DNA of 54,630 nucleotides from Parcubacteria group bacterium CG10_big_fil_rev_8_21_14_0_10_36_14. Lineage in GTDB: Bacteria > Patescibacteriota > Patescibacteriia > GCA-002772895. The notes beneath the pieces are model-generated. The model made no database searches and was not told the origin of the DNA. It saw nothing but the letters and a program-made list of their open reading frames with translations. The DNA is taken from NCBI GenBank assembly GCA_002772895.1, contig PFCS01000006.1, forward strand, positions 1 through 54,630. The letters are read 5' to 3'. The position numbers were made by a program, and so were the translations under genes. Shown in pieces: positions 36,676-45,760 of the stretch. Each line of letters opens with the position of its first letter. Position 1 is the first letter of the stretch.

Positions 36676-37464
36676 CTATAATAATTTAAAATTACATACC
36701 ATATATCCGATACCCAGCGGAGCCTCAAATGAAAACATTTGTGGTTTATAATTAACTTTGTCAATAATACCCATTAACATAGCTGTTGGCAAAAGAATTG
36801 ATTCATTAGCTTCTTCGACCATTTTTTCGGGAAGAGAAAGAAGCCCAGCGGTATTTTTTGTTTCTAAAAGTTCAATAAATTTGTCATTAAATTCCTTTCC
36901 ACTTTTTGAAAATCCCAAGGGGCTTTTTTCGTTTGAGCGGTGAGATAAATTTCCAGAAACAATAATTCCTATTTTTTTATTGCTTTCGGCAAGTATTTTT
37001 TTAATAAGTCGTCCTAATTCGTAATGCGCTTTTGGGTTTTGATGAGTATGGACAAAGGGGATAACCTTTATTTTTTTGTCTTGTAAAAGATAAAAAAGAG
37101 GAATGCCAAAAGTGTAATCAAGATTTTCTTTATGGCTTAAATTGAATGGCAGATTATTATCCAAAGCGGTATGTCTTATTTTTTCTATAAGCTCAACATC
37201 AGGGCAGAGCTCCATATTGGTTTCAAATTCTCCAAACTCCTTAAAATCCATTTTATACTTTTCTGAAAGGATAATATTATAAGTAGCAGAATGCATCCGT
37301 TCGCTTGATGAAATAATAAGAAGCGAATCAATATCTAATTTTTTAAGTTTTATTTCCAGATCTTCAAAAGCCTTTTTTGTATTCGCTAGCTTTTCTATTT
37401 TATCTTTTCCAATATTTGGGATAAGTAATGGAGGGTGGGGTGTGATAGCGGCAAAGGATATCAT
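36676..37464 (-). CDS. class III extradiol dioxygenase / MEMO-like (LigB superfamily) protein
   Basis: N-terminal AAITPHPPLLIPNIG is typical of this fold. Confidence 0.6.
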   Translation of the reverse strand: MISFAAITPHPPLLIPNIGKDKIEKLANTKKAFEDLEIKLKKLDIDSLLIISSSERMHSATYNIILSEKYKMDFKEFGEFETNMELCPDVELIEKIRHTALDNNLPFNLSHKENLDYTFGIPLFYLLQDKKIKVIPFVHTHQNPKAHYELGRLIKKILAESNKKIGIIVSGNLSHRSNEKSPLGFSKSGKEFNDKFIELLETKNTAGLLSLPEKMVEEANESILLPTAMLMGIIDKVNYKPQMFSFEAPLGIGYMVCNFKLL

Positions 37465-37481
37465 GATAATTTGTCGGTTAA

Positions 37482-38891
37482 TTAATTAAAAAGTATTTGC
37501 GTTTCTGTTTTTCCTATGTTTTCACTTAGTTTGATTGGTTCGCCTATTTCATATAATCCTAATACCTTGGCGTTTGTCCATATTATATTTTCCCATTTCC
37601 ATCCGTATGTGAGAAATACATCTTCCGAAGGGATTGAACGGAGTTTTCCGTCAGAAATAAAATATACATTTGGCTCTTTTTCGTCTTTTACAAGCGAGCC
37701 GTCTAAAAATTTTATTGGTTCTGCAAGAGAATATTTATCAAGTTCCTCAAAGTTTGCTTGGATTAAATTTCGGCCAGGAAAGCGAGTATTTAAAACTGAT
37801 TTATGCCAAATTGGATATTTTTTTCCATCATAAACCCAATAAACTCCGCCGGTTTCCTTGTGTTGCAAAAGACCACCCGTAGGATATGCGCTTGCTTGGG
37901 TTATTGGAGAACCAATTGTATATGCGGAGAGATCTTCCTGTGTTATATTTTCTAATTCAAAAGGACTAAAGCCAATTGAGCGAAATACTTTTTCCGATTC
38001 AAAAGGTCGCGCTTCATCGCCGACTGTCATATATAGTTTTCCATTTTCGTCTTCCAATAACGAATAGTCGGTAAATTTTATTGGATATCCTGTTGGATAT
38101 TTTTGTAGAATACTTTCTCCTACCGGTATTACGCTTTCTTCGTTAAATTTTGACTTGAAAACCGTTTTACTTGTGAACGGACGTTTTGTTCCGTCCTGAA
38201 TAAGATAGATTCCGCCGGTTTTAGCATCTTGAAGCAAAGAGCCGTCAGGATATTGGATATTTGAAAACCATTTTGTCCAAATGAGATAAAAATTTTTATT
38301 TCCAAGATAATGCGGAGTATAGGTATAAAGCGCGGCAGTAGCATTATTTTGCGGAGTTATCCAATATTTGTAATCAACTTTTTTACTAATTCCCGGACCA
38401 AAGCCAGTATGAGTAATACCAGATTTTTGTAGATCAATAACAAATGTATTTACTATTCTGTCCACTGCATAATAAACCTGTTTTGCAAATCCGCGATATT
38501 GCGCAACAAGGGGATGAGAGAGCTCGCATTTATCACAGACCGCATAACCCATCGCCCAATCAAGTCGTCTCATATTTGCCGAAGAATATGTTATTAAGCT
38601 TTGTTCTTTCTCAAGCATCACAAGAATAAATTTTGGGTTTATTTTAAATTCTTGCGCTGTATTATAGATGATTTGCCCGGCATCCATAAACGTTCCGGTT
38701 CCAGGATAAAAATCTGCAAAATAAGATAGAAAACTATTTTTTTCTGATAAAAAATCTTTTATTTCATTTAAAGACATTGAATTACAATCAAAAAGTTCTT
38801 GATCTGAGATTACAAAGTCTTCGTTAAAGGCATAAGAGGGGAGGGGCAATATAAATAGCCCAAATATTAGAGAGATTATGACTTTTTTCAT
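37482..38891 (-). CDS. secreted protein: N-terminal cell-wall-hydrolase-like region plus four ~58-aa tandem repeats
   Basis: Signal peptide MKKVIISLIFGLFILPLPSYA and an INPKFILVMLEKEQSLI motif. Four repeats contain GGIYLIQDGTKRPF, GKLYMTVGDEARPF, GGVYWVYDGKKYPI and NVYFISDGKLRSI. Confidence 0.7.
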   Translation of the reverse strand: MKKVIISLIFGLFILPLPSYAFNEDFVISDQELFDCNSMSLNEIKDFLSEKNSFLSYFADFYPGTGTFMDAGQIIYNTAQEFKINPKFILVMLEKEQSLITYSSANMRRLDWAMGYAVCDKCELSHPLVAQYRGFAKQVYYAVDRIVNTFVIDLQKSGITHTGFGPGISKKVDYKYWITPQNNATAALYTYTPHYLGNKNFYLIWTKWFSNIQYPDGSLLQDAKTGGIYLIQDGTKRPFTSKTVFKSKFNEESVIPVGESILQKYPTGYPIKFTDYSLLEDENGKLYMTVGDEARPFESEKVFRSIGFSPFELENITQEDLSAYTIGSPITQASAYPTGGLLQHKETGGVYWVYDGKKYPIWHKSVLNTRFPGRNLIQANFEELDKYSLAEPIKFLDGSLVKDEKEPNVYFISDGKLRSIPSEDVFLTYGWKWENIIWTNAKVLGLYEIGEPIKLSENIGKTETQILFN

Positions 38892-38946
38892 ATATTAATA
38901 AGGATATCAAAATAAGTGGCAGGAAGCAACAGTTTTAATTTTTGTA

Positions 38947-38979
38947 AAAGAAAAAAGGGCTCTCTTGTGAGAGCCCTTT
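38947..38979 (-). terminator. intrinsic terminator of the GC-rich cassette
   Basis: 11-bp stem aaagggctctc/gagagcccttt with a 4-nt loop, followed by a T-run on the minus strand. Confidence 0.7.
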
Positions 38980-38988
38980 AGGTTGGGG

Positions 38989-39390
38989 TTAGCCGCCGGA
39001 AAATGGCGGAGGTGTGAGGAACATATTGAACGCCGATAGGCAGTTTTTGCCGAGGACGAACAGGTAAACCTGCCCGCATTCGGACGTGTTGTCCTTGGGG
39101 ATGGTGAGAAGGAACTGACCCGACAGATCAACCGTCTGTCCGGTGGAGCAGAGTCCCTTTCTGTCGCAGAGGGTGACGGTCATACCGTTCGGCACTCCTC
39201 CTTGCCAGCTCCAGGCGACAATCTCCTTTGGGCTGAGAGTCACCTGAAAAAGAGTGTCGTTAATTCCTGTACAGGTGGGAAGTTGAGGGATGTTGTTGTC
39301 CGCTTCGGGAAGCAACTTAATCAGGATCATCAGCTCGACGTCTTTACATCCCTCCTTTTTTACGGTGAGAAATATGGTTTCATTCTTCAC
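38989..39390 (-). CDS. GC-rich cassette ORF2: 133-aa six-Cys protein, no recognised family
   Basis: GTG start overlaps the ORF1 stop (GTGA). Coding-like, GC-rich codons. Confidence 0.6.
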   Translation of the reverse strand: MKNETIFLTVKKEGCKDVELMILIKLLPEADNNIPQLPTCTGINDTLFQVTLSPKEIVAWSWQGGVPNGMTVTLCDRKGLCSTGQTVDLSGQFLLTIPKDNTSECGQVYLFVLGKNCLSAFNMFLTPPPFSGG

Positions 39391-39812
39391 GAAGTCGCCG
39401 TCAGGTTGATGATCCAGCTACCGCCTTGATTGGCGATGGCTCTGGCAAAGGAGCTCTCGTCTGCGTTGGATGCGACGATGTTCACGTATGGCAGCACGGA
39501 CTTGGTCAGCCCGTAAACCACCAGGTTCCCCGGTGAGACCAGGACCGCGCGGATGCGTGCGGTATCAATCGCGTAGCAGGGTATGAGTGCCAGATTGGCG
39601 AGCTGTGGCTGTGGGATCGCCAGAACAGCGATCTCGGGGGGTATTGTCGGTTCGGCAGGCGTTGTGATGGTTGGCTCAGATGTCTCGTCGCCTCCACATC
39701 CGGGAAGCGCCAGGCCAAGCAAGACCAAGAGTCCTGCCGTGCACAGAGCAATCGCGAATGTGAACAAAACACGTTTTGCAAGACCGGTCCGAAATGCTTT
39801 TACCTCATTCAT
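39387..39812 (-). CDS. GC-rich cassette ORF1: probable lipoprotein (141 aa)
   Basis: AGGAGG SD. Signal peptide ending in the lipobox-like LALPGC, then the Pro/Thr-rich linker SEPTITTPAEPTIPPE. Confidence 0.65.
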   Translation of the reverse strand: MNEVKAFRTGLAKRVLFTFAIALCTAGLLVLLGLALPGCGGDETSEPTITTPAEPTIPPEIAVLAIPQPQLANLALIPCYAIDTARIRAVLVSPGNLVVYGLTKSVLPYVNIVASNADESSFARAIANQGGSWIINLTATS

Positions 39813-39858
39813 TGTTTCCTCCTGTTTTTGTGGGTTAAAGATCTACTTTCTGTCTATG

Positions 39859-39887
39859 AATATAGCACATTTTTAGTAATTTGTCAA
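39859..39887 (-). promoter_or_regulatory. consensus sigma70 promoter of the GC-rich cassette
   Basis: Minus strand reads TTGACA, 17-nt spacer, TATATT. Confidence 0.65.
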
Positions 39888-39942
39888 GAGAATTAGTAAA
39901 ATATTGCCTTATTTTACATATAATTTGTATAATTTAGGTAAT

Positions 39943-39970
39943 AAAATATGGCTATTTCCGGCCATATTTT
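39943..39970 (-). terminator. terminator after clpB
   Basis: 10-bp stem aaaatatggc/gccatatttt with an 8-nt loop. Confidence 0.5.
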
Positions 39971-39983
39971 AGAGGGGGAGTAT

Positions 39984-42596
39984 TTATTTGATAAACTTCA
40001 GTTTATCGTCATCAATACTGATTTTTATCTCATCTCCTTCTCGAAACTTTTTCTTTATGATTAGCATCGCAATCGGATCAAGTATTTCGGACTGGATTAG
40101 CCGTTTTAATGGGCGAGCGCCAAATGACGGATTATATCCCTTTTCGCATAAGTATTTTTTGGCCTCTTCGGATATTTCTAATCCGAGTCGTTTTGTAGCA
40201 AGACGTTTTTTTAGAAGTTCAATCTGTAACTCAACAATTTGCGTAAGATCTTTTTTCGAAAGCGCTTTGAAGATGATTGTTTCGTCTAAGCGGTTTAAAA
40301 ATTCTGGTTTGAATTGTTCACGCAAGAGTGAATTTATTTTTTCTTTAATTTCTTGTTCATCATTATTTTTCTTATCCGCAGTAAAACCAATATCGCCTTT
40401 TGAGGCAGCAGAAAGAATTTGATCACTTCCCAGATTTGATGTCATTATAATAACTGTGTTCTTGAAGTTTACCTTTCTTCCTTTAGCGTCTTTCATGTGT
40501 CCGTCATCTAAGATTTGCAATAAAATATTGAAAACTTCTGGATGCGCTTTTTCGATTTCATCCAATAGAATCACGGAATAAGGTCTTCGGCGTACAAGTT
40601 CGGTTAATTGTCCACCTTCTTCATGTCCGACATATCCCGGAGGAGAGCCAATCATTTTTGAAACAGAATATTTTTCCATATATTCGGACATATCAAGACG
40701 TATAATGGCAGACTCATCATTAAATAAAAATTCTGCAACCGCTTTTGCCAATTCGGTTTTACCGACGCCTGTGGGACCCAAAAAGATGAAAGAACCAATT
40801 GGTTTTTCTTCGGGTGAAATGCCGGCGCGTGAACGGCGGATAGCATTGGAGACGGCACGTACCGCTTCGTCTTGCCCGATAATTCGTCCATGCAATTTGT
40901 TTTCCATTTTTGCAAGCTTTTCCGCTTCTTCTTCAAGCATTCTGGCAACAGGAATACCTGTCCAACGGGAAACAACCCCGGCTATATCTTCCTCTGTAAT
41001 TTCTTGTTTTAAAATTCTACTGCCTTTTTGTATTGTTTTAAGCTTTTTTTCCTGATTGAATAGTTGTTTTTCAAGTTCCGGAATATTTGAGTAACGGATT
41101 TCCGCTACTTTTTGGAGGTCTCCCGCACGTTCAGAAATTTCTGCCGAAGCTCGTTTACGCTCGATTTCTTTTTTAATTTTATTAAATTCTTCAATAACTC
41201 CTTTTTCATTTTTCCATTTTAGTTCAAGTTGGTTTGCTTTTTCGCGGGTTTCTGCGATTTCGCGTTCAAGATTTTTTAGACGTTCTTTTGACTGCTCATC
41301 TTTTTCTTCTTTTAAAGCTTGTCGTTCAATTTCGAACTTCATTAGTTGGCGTTTTAGTTGATCAAGCTCAGTCGGCTGAGAATCAACTTGTAAACGCAAA
41401 GCGCTACCCGCTTCATCAATAAGATCCACTGCTTTGTCAGGTAAAAAGCGGTCGGTGATATATCTACTGGAAAGAGTTGCCGCGGAAACAATTGCCGGGT
41501 CGGTAATGCGGACTCCATGATGAACTTCGTATTTTTCTTTTATTCCGCGTAAGATTGCTATTGTGTCTGAAATAGACGGTTCCTGGACATAGACCGGCTG
41601 AAACCTGCGTTCCAGGGCTGGATCTTTTTCAATATATTTTTGATATTCTTTTAGAGTTGTCGCGCCAATTGCATGAAGTTCTCCGCGTGACAAAGCCGGT
41701 TTTAGCAAATTTGAGGCATCAATCGCACCTTCTGACGCGCCTGCTCCCACAAGAGTATGGAGCTCGTCAATAAAAAGGATTATTTTCCCGGAAGATTTTT
41801 CTATTTCTTTTACAACTGCTTTTAGACGGTCTTCAAATTCTCCGCGAAATTTTGTTCCGGCAATAAGTGAACCCAAATCAAGTGAAATAAGCTCTTTATT
41901 TTTTAAAGTTTCGGGAACATCCCCAGAAACAATTCTTTGAGCAAGACCTTCGACAATAGCAGTTTTTCCGGTTCCGGCTTCGCCAATAAGAACGGGGTTA
42001 TTTTTTGTTCGGCGAGATAAAACTTGCATAAGTCGTCTTATTTCTTCATCTCTGCCAATAACAGGGTCAAGCTTTTCTTTACGGGCAAGGTCAGTTAAAT
42101 TTTTTGAGTATCGTTCCAATGCCTGATATTTTGCTTCTGGTTCAGGGTTATCAACTTTCTGATTTCCGCGAATATCAGCCAAAACCTGAAGTACGGCATC
42201 GTAAGAAACGCCGAGTCGTGAGAGAAGCTCGGAGACGTTGCTTTGTATAGAGATAAGAGCAAGAAGCAAATGTTCTGTGCTGATAAAATCATCTTTCAGA
42301 TTTTCTGCTTCTTTCTCAGCTTGATGCAGAATACGAGCCATTTGCGGGCTGACTCGCAATTCTGTCGTGGTTTCCGGCAAGCGAGGGATAAGAGATAAGA
42401 GCTTTTTTAGATTGGCATTTAAGACTTCTTGATTTATTTCCAGTTTATTAAAAATAGTCGGAACAACTCCGTCTTTTTGTTCTAAAAGAGCAATTAAAAG
42501 ATGAGCCGGTTCAATTGAGGCGTGTTTTTTATCAAAGACTATATTTTGAGCGGCCTGCAAGGCTTCTTGAGATTTTGTCGTAAATTTTTGCATCAT
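39984..42596 (-). CDS. clpB: ATP-dependent chaperone/disaggregase ClpB
   Basis: Two AAA+ modules (GEAGTGKTA and GPTGVGKTE) separated by a long coiled-coil M-domain. 870 aa. Confidence 0.95.
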   Translation of the reverse strand: MMQKFTTKSQEALQAAQNIVFDKKHASIEPAHLLIALLEQKDGVVPTIFNKLEINQEVLNANLKKLLSLIPRLPETTTELRVSPQMARILHQAEKEAENLKDDFISTEHLLLALISIQSNVSELLSRLGVSYDAVLQVLADIRGNQKVDNPEPEAKYQALERYSKNLTDLARKEKLDPVIGRDEEIRRLMQVLSRRTKNNPVLIGEAGTGKTAIVEGLAQRIVSGDVPETLKNKELISLDLGSLIAGTKFRGEFEDRLKAVVKEIEKSSGKIILFIDELHTLVGAGASEGAIDASNLLKPALSRGELHAIGATTLKEYQKYIEKDPALERRFQPVYVQEPSISDTIAILRGIKEKYEVHHGVRITDPAIVSAATLSSRYITDRFLPDKAVDLIDEAGSALRLQVDSQPTELDQLKRQLMKFEIERQALKEEKDEQSKERLKNLEREIAETREKANQLELKWKNEKGVIEEFNKIKKEIERKRASAEISERAGDLQKVAEIRYSNIPELEKQLFNQEKKLKTIQKGSRILKQEITEEDIAGVVSRWTGIPVARMLEEEAEKLAKMENKLHGRIIGQDEAVRAVSNAIRRSRAGISPEEKPIGSFIFLGPTGVGKTELAKAVAEFLFNDESAIIRLDMSEYMEKYSVSKMIGSPPGYVGHEEGGQLTELVRRRPYSVILLDEIEKAHPEVFNILLQILDDGHMKDAKGRKVNFKNTVIIMTSNLGSDQILSAASKGDIGFTADKKNNDEQEIKEKINSLLREQFKPEFLNRLDETIIFKALSKKDLTQIVELQIELLKKRLATKRLGLEISEEAKKYLCEKGYNPSFGARPLKRLIQSEILDPIAMLIIKKKFREGDEIKISIDDDKLKFIK

Positions 42597-42640
42597 AAGG
42601 GTAGTAATTTATGTATATAGTATTTAGGTTTCTAATCTTA

Positions 42641-42667
42641 TTAGCAGTCGGGTTGGAGGAGTGCTAA
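42641..42667. promoter_or_regulatory. CIRCE operator (HrcA binding site) upstream of clpB
   Basis: TTAGCAGTC-N9-GAGTGCTAA against the consensus TTAGCACTC-N9-GAGTGCTAA (1 mismatch), 45-70 nt upstream of the clpB ATG. Confidence 0.65.
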
Positions 42668-42700
42668 TTTATACTATAAGTTTGCCATACATTATTATAC

Positions 42701-42729
42701 TTGTCAAGCGCTGGTAAATGTGCTAAATT
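42701..42729 (+). promoter_or_regulatory. candidate promoter for pyrD-pyrC
   Basis: TTGTCA, 17-nt spacer, TAAATT. Confidence 0.45.
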
Positions 42730-42761
42730 AAGGGCAGATATTTGACAACCAGGAGGTAGCG

Positions 42762-43739
42762 ATGATTCTTCGTGGGATTGATTTTGGAAAAGTTTTGGAT
42801 GCTACCGGTGCTCGTGGATTTTTTGGAGAAGGATATTGGTATCATAAGCTTTGGTGGCCGTTTGGTTTGAATTTTGAAGGCTCTACATTTGTTGCTAAAA
42901 CAACAACTCTGGAAGCGCTTTTGGGGAATATGGATCTTGATAAAGATTATAGACCAAAAAAACTGTTTCCCGATTGTGTAAAAGTATACTCGGGAAAAGG
43001 CGTGGTGCTGAATGCTGTGGGGCTATCGGGCCCTGGCGCAGAGGTGCTTTTTGAAGCCGGAAAATGGCAAAAAAGACAAGAGCCATTTTTTATCTCATTC
43101 ATGCCGATTGCGGGGACTGTGCGCGAAAGACGCATTGAGCTTTTAGAATTTATGAAAATGCTGAAACGATATTTACCAGAGTTTCAGGCTCCAATCGGTT
43201 TGCAAATAAATTTTTCTTGCCCAAATGTTAATGTGGAATTTGATGATGAAGAATTTGTTGACGAGATACATGGCTCATTGGCTTTGGCTCGATGTTTTGT
43301 AAATATTCCGTTGATGCCAAAATTTAGTGTTATTACACCCCCGGAAATTTTAAGAGAGGTTACTGACTTTGTATCATGCGATGCTATTTGCATATCAAAC
43401 ACTATTCCTTGGGGAAAATTGCCGAATGATATTGATTGGAAAGCTATCTTTGGAACCAACGAATCTCCACTGGCAAAATACGGCGGGGGTGGACTTTCGG
43501 GAAAACCACTTTTGGCGTTAGTTGTAGATTGGATAATGAGAGCGCGGGATATAGGCATTACAAAACCAATAAATGCCGGTGGCGGAGTTCTAAGTCAACG
43601 AGACGCGGAACTTTTGTTTTATGCCGGCGCGGATTCGATTTTTTTGGGTTCTGTTGCGATGCTTGCGCCATGGAAAGTGAAAAGTATTATAGCTCATGCG
43701 CAGAAATGCGAAAAAACGGAAAGGAGTAACACCCAATGA
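42762..43739 (+). CDS. pyrD: dihydroorotate dehydrogenase-like flavoenzyme (class 1-like)
   Basis: AGGAGG SD. Motifs NAVGLSGPG, INFSCPNV, ICISNT, GGGGLSGKPL and NAGGGV. Confidence 0.7.
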   Translation: MILRGIDFGKVLDATGARGFFGEGYWYHKLWWPFGLNFEGSTFVAKTTTLEALLGNMDLDKDYRPKKLFPDCVKVYSGKGVVLNAVGLSGPGAEVLFEAGKWQKRQEPFFISFMPIAGTVRERRIELLEFMKMLKRYLPEFQAPIGLQINFSCPNVNVEFDDEEFVDEIHGSLALARCFVNIPLMPKFSVITPPEILREVTDFVSCDAICISNTIPWGKLPNDIDWKAIFGTNESPLAKYGGGGLSGKPLLALVVDWIMRARDIGITKPINAGGGVLSQRDAELLFYAGADSIFLGSVAMLAPWKVKSIIAHAQKCEKTERSNTQ

Positions 43740-44791
43740 AAACTCTAGTAATCAGAAAGCCGGATGATTTTCATGCTCATCTCCGCGAGGGAGAGATGTT
43801 GAGGCGCGTTCTGTCTTTTACTGCAAATGTTTTTGCAAGAGCGTTGGTAATGCCAAATTTGCAAAATCCGCTTGTCAGCACTTTTAAGGTAATGGAATAT
43901 TCCAAGCAGATAGACCGGGAATGCAAGAAACAGGGATTTAATAATTTTCATGCGCTCCGTACGTTATATCTTACGGACAATACCACTGCAAACGATATTT
44001 CTTGGGCATATTGCTGGCAAAACATTGTTGCCGTAAAACTTTATCCAAAAGGAACAACGACCGGCTCCGTACACGGCGTTTCCGATGTCCGATTGCTTGC
44101 TCCTGTATTTGCAGAAATGGAAAAAAGGGGAGTGGTGCTTTCTATTCATCCCGAAATGCCTGAGATGCATAGCGATTATGCCGAAGAAGAATTTTTGGTA
44201 GGACCATTTTGGTGGATTTATCAAAATTTTCCAAAATTGAAAATAGTCTGGGAGCATGTGACGACCGCATATATCGTAAATATTCTGAAAATGTATCCTG
44301 AGCGAGTTGCCGCAACAATTACGGCGCATCATTTGTTTTTGACGCGTGATGATGTTTTGGGAAATCCGCATAATTATTGCAAGCCTCCGGCAAAATCAGA
44401 AGAAGACCAAGTTGCACTTATAAATGTGGCAATAAGCGGAAATCCAAAATTCTTTTTTGGCTCTGATAGCGCTCCGCATTGGAAATACACAAAAGAACGA
44501 ACGATTAAAGTTCCAGCCGGAGTTTTTTCTGCGCCAGTGGCAATACCGGTTTTAGCGCAAGTTTTTGAAGCAGTAGGCGCTTTGGACAAGCTGGAAAACT
44601 TTGTTTCGCGATTTGGCGCAGAGTTTTATGGGCTTCCACTAAACCAGGAGCGAATCTGTCTTTTGAAAGAAAAATGGAGAGTGCCCCTTATGCTCGGAGA
44701 AGAAATGGGAAACTTGATAGTTTCTTTAGCGGCAGGGCAAGAGTTGGATTGGAGAGTTATCGGTTCTACTATGCCGTTTGAGAGGAAATAA
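43736..44791 (+). CDS. pyrC: dihydroorotase, class II (E. coli-type)
   Basis: N-terminal IRKPDDFHAHLREGEML. ATGA overlap with pyrD. Confidence 0.85.
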   Translation: MKTLVIRKPDDFHAHLREGEMLRRVLSFTANVFARALVMPNLQNPLVSTFKVMEYSKQIDRECKKQGFNNFHALRTLYLTDNTTANDISWAYCWQNIVAVKLYPKGTTTGSVHGVSDVRLLAPVFAEMEKRGVVLSIHPEMPEMHSDYAEEEFLVGPFWWIYQNFPKLKIVWEHVTTAYIVNILKMYPERVAATITAHHLFLTRDDVLGNPHNYCKPPAKSEEDQVALINVAISGNPKFFFGSDSAPHWKYTKERTIKVPAGVFSAPVAIPVLAQVFEAVGALDKLENFVSRFGAEFYGLPLNQERICLLKEKWRVPLMLGEEMGNLIVSLAAGQELDWRVIGSTMPFERK

Positions 44792-44798
44792 AAAATAC

Positions 44799-44825
44799 AA
44801 AGACGCACAATCAGCGTCTTTTTTA
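44799..44825 (+). terminator. intrinsic terminator after pyrC
   Basis: Hairpin aagacgc-acaatca-gcgtctt followed by tttt. Confidence 0.65.
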
Positions 44826-44828
44826 ATT

Positions 44829-44854
44829 AAAAAACCTCCGATTTTATCGGAGGT
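44829..44854 (-). terminator. intrinsic terminator for the minus-strand orphan gene
   Basis: Hairpin acctccga-tttta-tcggaggt, with a T-run on the minus strand. Confidence 0.6.
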
Positions 44855-44863
44855 GAAAGAAAA

Positions 44864-45178
44864 TTAATTATTCAGTTTATGAACAGGGAGCCCAGATTGT
44901 TGTTCTCGTTCTTTTTGCTGTTTGTCATAATCAACAATTTCCCTTGTCTTATAGCACTCAAAAAGAGTTTTTGTTTCCTCGCCTTCAAAAAAGGAGCCGA
45001 GAACTTTTGCACCCTGCCGGAGCTCGCTATTTTCGAGCTCTACAAATCCGACAGGAACTTGATTTTTATCAAACCAGAGGAGTCGACGGTAATGATACCG
45101 TTTGTTGATGGTGTCGGTTATTCGACTATCCCTGAGATGGCACTGATTGAGAAACTCTTTTGCTTCGTCAAGAGAAAT
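44864..45178 (-). pseudogene. start-less 104-codon ORF in frame with the upstream gene across a single TAA
   Basis: Hand translation: ISLDEAKEFLNQCHLRDSRITDTINKRYHYRRLLWFDKNQVPVGFVELENSELRQGAKVLGSFFEGEETKTLFECYKTREIVDYDKQQKEREQQSGLPVHKLNN. It has no ATG/GTG/TTG, begins directly after TAA 45179-45181, and a terminator follows. Confidence 0.5.
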
Positions 45179-45691
45179 TTATTGTGAAAGATATTTATCA
45201 AGACGCCACATATTTTTCATTGCTTGCATGAGGATTTTTTCTGTTTTCGGTTCGAGTTGACCTTCTAGGGCCTTTAGAATTTGATATGAGTAGCGGGAAA
45301 TGCCACGTCGTTTTTCAGCTGATTCGTAAGATTTGTTTATACCACGCAGAATCGGAGAGAGTAGAAAAATAACAGGAAAGGAATAAAGCGCAACCTTAGT
45401 CATCCCCGAACTTTTGCAATCTTTGTTAAAGAGCCAGCTAGATGTACCCGCTAAAGAAATTTCCATTTTTTCTAAATCAATATCAATGAAACATGATGGC
45501 CATTTTTTGGGATCATTTTTATGTTCCCCAGCGTAAAAGCCCATTGTAATCTTCAACAAATTTTCAGAATGCTTCACCCTTACTTCCCTTAAGTGCAATC
45601 TTAATTTATGTGGAATGCCTGCGGTCACTTGCATGCCAAGTTTGATGATGCCCGGGAGCTCTTTCAAGAACCATATTTTATCCCCGCTCAT
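45179..45691 (-). CDS. orphan protein (170 aa to the TAA)
   Basis: GGAGAG SD before ATG 45691. The ORF-track ATG at 45721 abuts the -10 box and is therefore unlikely. Confidence 0.6.
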   Translation of the reverse strand: MSGDKIWFLKELPGIIKLGMQVTAGIPHKLRLHLREVRVKHSENLLKITMGFYAGEHKNDPKKWPSCFIDIDLEKMEISLAGTSSWLFNKDCKSSGMTKVALYSFPVIFLLSPILRGINKSYESAEKRRGISRYSYQILKALEGQLEPKTEKILMQAMKNMWRLDKYLSQ

Positions 45692-45721
45692 TTTTTTCTC
45701 TCCTTTTTCCACAATGTTCAT

Positions 45722-45750
45722 AATTTAGAACAAAAAAATTATTTTGTCAA
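45722..45750 (-). promoter_or_regulatory. consensus sigma70 promoter
   Basis: Minus strand reads TTGACA, 17-nt spacer, TAAATT. Confidence 0.55.
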
Positions 45751-45760
45751 TAAGAAATTG

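Noticed and set aside
38907-39876. Extra ORFs in the GC-rich cassette (38907-39131 -, 39506-39781 -, 39583-39876 +)
   Set aside because: High-GC DNA generates long alternative-frame ORFs. These overlap the two SD-led, GTGA-coupled ORFs and give Arg/Ser/Pro-rich nonsense translations.
42668-42720. clpB promoter upstream of CIRCE
   Set aside because: A TTGACA is present on the minus strand, but no acceptable -10 lies at 16-18 nt spacing. Alternative -10 candidates (TAGTAT, TATAAA) lack a -35. I could not place the promoter with confidence.
44879-45187. 102-aa plus-strand ORF in the ORF track
   Set aside because: The translation is low-complexity and Phe/Leu-rich, with no SD. It is exactly antisense to a far more protein-like minus-strand frame that is followed by a terminator, so I treat it as a shadow ORF.
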